64,000 bases of DNA from Eledone cirrhosa (Eukaryota): contig OZ024743.1 in assembly GCA_964016885.1 (NCBI GenBank), positions 305,102,001-305,166,000 on the forward strand, read 5' to 3'. The notes beneath the pieces are model-generated. The model did not search any database and was not told where the DNA came from. It saw only the letters and a program-made list of their open reading frames with translations. Both the position numbers and the translations under genes were made by a program. The first letter of the stretch is position 1; every line of letters starts with the position of its first letter. This document shows positions 59,949 through 64,000 of the stretch, piece by piece.

Positions 59949-61300
59949 TCATCATCATCATCATCATCATCATCGTTTAACGTCCTTGTTCCACGCTTGT
60001 ATGAGTTTGGACGGGAGTTTTCCCACTTGAGGCAAGAGTGGTTGTCTTGCTCGCATAGGAGCGTCTGGCGGGTTTTCTACAGCTGGATGCCCTTCCTAAC
60101 ACCAACCACATTTACAGTGTGGGACTGGGTGGTTTTTACCGTGTTGCCTACATGGCCACATTACAGCGTGGACTGTGTGTTTTTTTGTCGTGACACCTAC
60201 ACAATCTCATTTGTTTCAGCCTGGATGTTGTGGCACCAACGTAACTTTACATTGAAAGGGGCGGTGTGGATAGGGTGGGGGTGGCGTGATGGGGGTGTAT
60301 TTTGTTAGAGATGCCTACTGACTGTAGTAGGTTTACTTTGTATTTAGGCAAGGCGGGTCTTCTCTATTACTGAGTACCGCCAAAGATCTCGGTCCAGTGA
60401 CATTGTCTTGGAGAGGTGTAAGTGTGTGAGGTCGGAATTTATCAGGTCGTCCCAGGTTTTTCTGGGTCTGCCTACTCCGTGGCTACCGTCTATCTTTATT
60501 GCCCTGCACTTTGTTATACAGCTGTCGTCTTTCATGTGCATCACGTGACGATACCAACGTAGTCTTCTCTCGTGTAAACAACATCTGATCCCTCTTATTT
60601 CTAATTTTTCCCTTAGTTCGTTTATGCTTTGCCGTTCACGTATATTACTATTACACATCCAGCGGAGCATGCAAGCTTCGTTCCTCTCTAGTCTGCGTAT
60701 ATCCTCTGCACACAATGCCCTGGTCTCACTGCCATGCAACATTGCTGTTCGTATGCAGGCATCATACAACCTGCCTTTCATTTTTAGAGAGAACCCTTTA
60801 GCGGCTAATAGTGGTATAAACTCTCTGAACTTTTTCCATCCAGTTCTGACTCTAGCTACTGTACTTTCAGAGCACCCTCCTCCACTGCTGATTTTGTCAC
60901 CCAGGTAACTGAAGCTGTCCACTATTTCTATAGAACCCTCTGCGCAATTGAAAGAGCTAGTATTTTGAGGGCACTTGCTGCTACTTATTGCACCAGAGCA
61001 CCGGCCACATGTAAAATCTATGTTCTTAATTAGCTTACCTGTGATTCCACTACAACTTTTATGCACCCATACTTTGCATTTGGGACATAAAATGGAGTTT
61101 CTACCTACGCCTTTCCTACACATTGAGCATGGCCATTTCCCGGAAGGGACCGGCGCCTTATTTTCTTTCCTACAAACTAGAACTTTAGTCTTAGCCAGGT
61201 TAATTTTAAGGCCTTTTGATTCTAGGCCGTGCTTCCATGTTTGGAATTTCTTCTCTAGCTCGGCCATTGATTCAGCTATGAGCCTTAGATCATCTGCGTA
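59946..61300 (-). mobile_element. RTE LINE, 5'-truncated at YADD; ORF open to its stop at 60344; (GAT)n tail
   Basis: YADDL..GLKINLAKTKV..CSMC..CPKC..HKSC..CGRC..FSYLG..LHGSET..RLRWYRHV..GRPRKTW; the 5' end merges into (TA)n. Confidence 0.93.
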
Positions 61301-61391
61301 TATATATATATATATGTATATGTATATATATGTATATATATATATATGTATATGTATATATATATATGTAGATATGTACATATATATATAT

Positions 61392-61762
61392 CCAATGAAG
61401 CAAGCATGCTCCATTGGATGCACAATGTCAATGTGCATAAGCGGCCAAGCATAGAGGATTTGAGCGAGAAACTGGGTATAAGAGGGATAAATTGTGGTGT
61501 GCAGGAGAGAAGACTGAGATGGTATGAACATGTGATGCACATGGAGGATGACCGCTGGGTAAATATGTGCCAAGAAATCCCAGTAGAAGGAAGACGCAGT
61601 AGAGGAAGACCATGAAAAACATGGGTGGAGGTGGTGAGAACAGACCTCAGATCGCTTAAGCTCATGGAGGAGATGATGAAGGACGGTGACAAGTGGAGAG
61701 ATACAGGACCCATCCCACCCTTGCTAATAGGGAAAAGCGGATGTAAAATGATGATGATGGTG
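61392..61762 (+). mobile_element. RTE LINE 3' fragment (different subfamily)
   Basis: NEASMLHWM..CGVQERRLRWYEHV..RGRP*KTW; (GAT)n tail. Confidence 0.85.
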
Positions 61763-61777
61763 ATATATATATATATT

Positions 61778-62161
61778 ATAATACAGTATGTAGAATAGAA
61801 AACACAAAATGAGGCTTATGTTTTCATTTACAAGGGGTAGAGAACCACTATAGGATGTAAGATCTATGAAAAGTGGAGAAAATACATAATAATTAAGAGG
61901 TAAAATTAAAATGTAAAAAAGCCACCTTTATAACTATACACACCTGGATATCCCCAAAGAAGAGAATGTTTCGCCAAAGTACTGGTACCATACCTTCTCA
62001 GGACTTATCAACAAGTGGGTTTTTTTATTTTTTATTTTACCTCTTAATTATTATGTATTTTCTCCACTTTTCGTAGACCTTATGTCCTTCACTATAGTGG
62101 TTCTCTACCCTTTGTAAATGAAAACATTACCCCTTTTTGTGTTTTCTATATACTATATTAT
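61778..62161. mobile_element. Fold-back/MITE-like element with ~150-bp imperfect inverted arms and a ~90-bp spacer
   Basis: For example, AAAGTGGAGAAAATACATAATAATTAAGAGGTAAAAT pairs with ATTTTACCTCTTAATTATTATGTATTTTCTCCACTTT, and GGGTAGAGAACCACTATAG pairs with CTATAGTGGTTCTCTACCC. Confidence 0.8.
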
Positions 62162-62256
62162 TGAGAGCCTGGTAATTTATTCCTTGAGCCAATCAAATTA
62201 CAGGGGATTAACGCAAGTCTTTAACTCCATTTTTTCTATATATATTATATATATTT

Positions 62257-62440
62257 GGATTGGCAGTATTGGTAGAGGGTCGGACGGCATGCTTTGACGC
62301 ATAGAGTTACGGCCCTTGGCATTCTGAGTTCAATTCCCGGTGAGGTTAACTTTGCCTTTCATCCTTACAGGGTCGATAAAATAAAGTACCAGTAATGCAC
62401 TGGGTATTTGCTGGCCTTGTGCCAAATGTAGAAACAATTA
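62257..62440 (+). mobile_element. tRNA-type SINE with Pol III A and B boxes
   Basis: A box TGGCAGTATTGG and B box GAGTTCAATTCC. The core GCCTTTCATCCT..GGTCGATAAAATAAAGTACCAG resembles the Nin/Deu SINE domain (from memory). Three copies in the window. Confidence 0.85.
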
Positions 62441-62660
62441 TATATATTTATATATATCATATATATCATATATATTTATATATATATATACATATATATA
62501 TATTGGAATAAATGCTCTGAAATAGCGATATATATGTGAGTATAGACATAGAATATTCGAAAATATTCTGTATGTTTATAATAAACATTTTGAAGACCTA
62601 ATCGCTATAGAATAGAATACGTCACGTATTACAATTAGATTCTCGATAAAAGCAAGGGAA

Positions 62661-62703
62661 GTAATCTACGCGTTTCATTCTTGTTAGAATTCATCAGGAC
62701 TAC
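62661..62703 (-). ncRNA. Type I hammerhead ribozyme, copy 1
   Basis: RNA GUAGUC-CUGAUGA-AUUCU AACA AGAAU-GAAA-CGCG-UA^GAUUAC: intact core, 6-bp stem I, 5-bp stem II, palindromic minimal stem III, GUA cleavage triplet. Confidence 0.9.
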
Positions 62704-62970
62704 ATATCCAGTGCTTTTATCGAGAATGACACAGCTAGAGACTTATAGAATACTTAGCTGTGTACTGGAACTGGTTTGAAAGAGCGGTTGCCGGTCCGGC
62801 AGAAATTAGAAATTGGAATAAATGCTCTGAAATAGCGATATATATGTGAGTATAGACATAGAATATTCGAAAATATTCTGTATGTTTATAATAAACATTT
62901 TGAAGACCTAATCGCTATAGAATAGAATACGTCACGTATTACAATTAGATTCTCGATAAAAGCAAGGGAA

Positions 62971-63013
62971 GTAATCTACGCGTTTCATTCTTGTTAGAAT
63001 TCATCAGGACTAC
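62971..63013 (-). ncRNA. Type I hammerhead ribozyme, copy 2
   Basis: Identical to copy 1, +310 bp. Confidence 0.9.
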
Positions 63014-63280
63014 ATATCCAGTGCTTTTATCGAGAATGACACAGCTAGAGACTTATAGAATACTTAGCTGTGTACTGGAACTGGTTTGAAAGAGCGGTTG
63101 CCGGTCCGGCAGAAATTAGAAATTGGAATAAATGCTCTGAAATAGCGATATATATGTGAGTATAGACATAGAATATTCGAAAATATTCTGTATGTTTATA
63201 ATAAACATTTTGAAGACCTAATCGCTATAGAATAGAATACGTCACGTATTACAATTAGATTCTCGATAAAAGCAAGGGAA

Positions 63281-63323
63281 GTAATCTACGCGTTTCATTC
63301 TTGTTAGAATTCATCAGGACTAC
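63281..63323 (-). ncRNA. Type I hammerhead ribozyme, copy 3
   Basis: Identical to copy 1, +620 bp. Confidence 0.9.
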
Positions 63324-63590
63324 ATATCCAGTGCTTTTATCGAGAATGACACAGCTAGAGACTTATAGAATACTTAGCTGTGTACTGGAACTGGTTTGAA
63401 AGAGCGGTTGCCGGTCCGGCAGAAATTAGAAATTGGAATAAATGCTCTGAAATAGCGATATATATGTGAGTATAGACATAGAATATTCGAAAATATTCTG
63501 TATGTTTATAATAAACATTTTGAAGACCTAATCGCTATAGAATAGAATACGTCACGTATTACAATTAGATTCTCGATAAAAGCAAGGGAA

Positions 63591-63633
63591 GTAATCTACG
63601 CGTTTCATTCTTGTTAGAATTCATCAGGACTAC
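63591..63633 (-). ncRNA. Type I hammerhead ribozyme, copy 4 (in the loop of the large palindrome)
   Basis: Identical to copy 1, +930 bp. Confidence 0.9.
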
Positions 63634-63929
63634 ATATCCAGTGCTTTTATCGAGAATGACACAGCTAGAGACTTAATCGAGAATCTAATTGTAATACGTG
63701 ACGTATTCTATTCTATAGCGATTAGGTCTTCAAAATGTTTATTATAAACATACAGAATATTTTCGAATATTCTATGTCTATACTCACATATATATCGCTA
63801 TTTCAGAGCATTTATTCCAATTTCTAATTTCTGCCGGACCGGCAACCGCTCTTTCAAACCAGTTCCAGTACACAGCTAAGTATTCTATAAGTCTCTAGCT
63901 GTGTCATTCTCGATAAAAGCACTGGATAT

Positions 63930-63972
63930 GTAGTCCTGATGAATTCTAACAAGAATGAAACGCGTAGATTAC
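63930..63972 (+). ncRNA. Type I hammerhead ribozyme, inverted copy
   Basis: GTAGTCCTGATGAATTCTAACAAGAATGAAACGCGTAGATTAC read directly on +; predicted cleavage after A63966. Confidence 0.9.
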
Positions 63973-64000
63973 TTCCCTTGCTTTTATCGAGAATCTAATT

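Larger units (their letters stand above)
62502..64000. repeat. 310-bp hammerhead-containing tandem array (retrozyme-like): 3.8 direct copies, then inverted copies from 63676
   Basis: Unit starts at 62502, 62812, 63122 and 63432; copies are identical by eye; 63676-64000 is the reverse complement of 63253-63577. Confidence 0.97.

Overview
AT-rich animal genomic DNA; the TE and SINE repertoire resembles an octopus/cephalopod (inference, not proven). Bases 1-~41,900 are a 48-bp satellite (~870 monomers) with nested kb-scale higher-order duplications; its long + strand ORFs are by-products. Five minus-strand exons (50363->42234) splice in frame into an 858-nt MAM-LDLa-SRCR extracellular segment with both ends open, so the satellite appears to lie inside a >42-kb intron. 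The introns contain a deleted Gypsy element, a Helitron with both termini, RTE, R4/Dong and Penelope-like remnants, tRNA-type SINEs, a mariner MITE and minisatellites. The strongest find is at the right end: a tandem array of apparently identical, highly structured 310-bp units, each carrying an intact type I hammerhead ribozyme (retrozyme-like), which folds back into an inverted copy at 63675/63676. Also notable is an orphan LDLa half-exon captured inside a LINE fragment.
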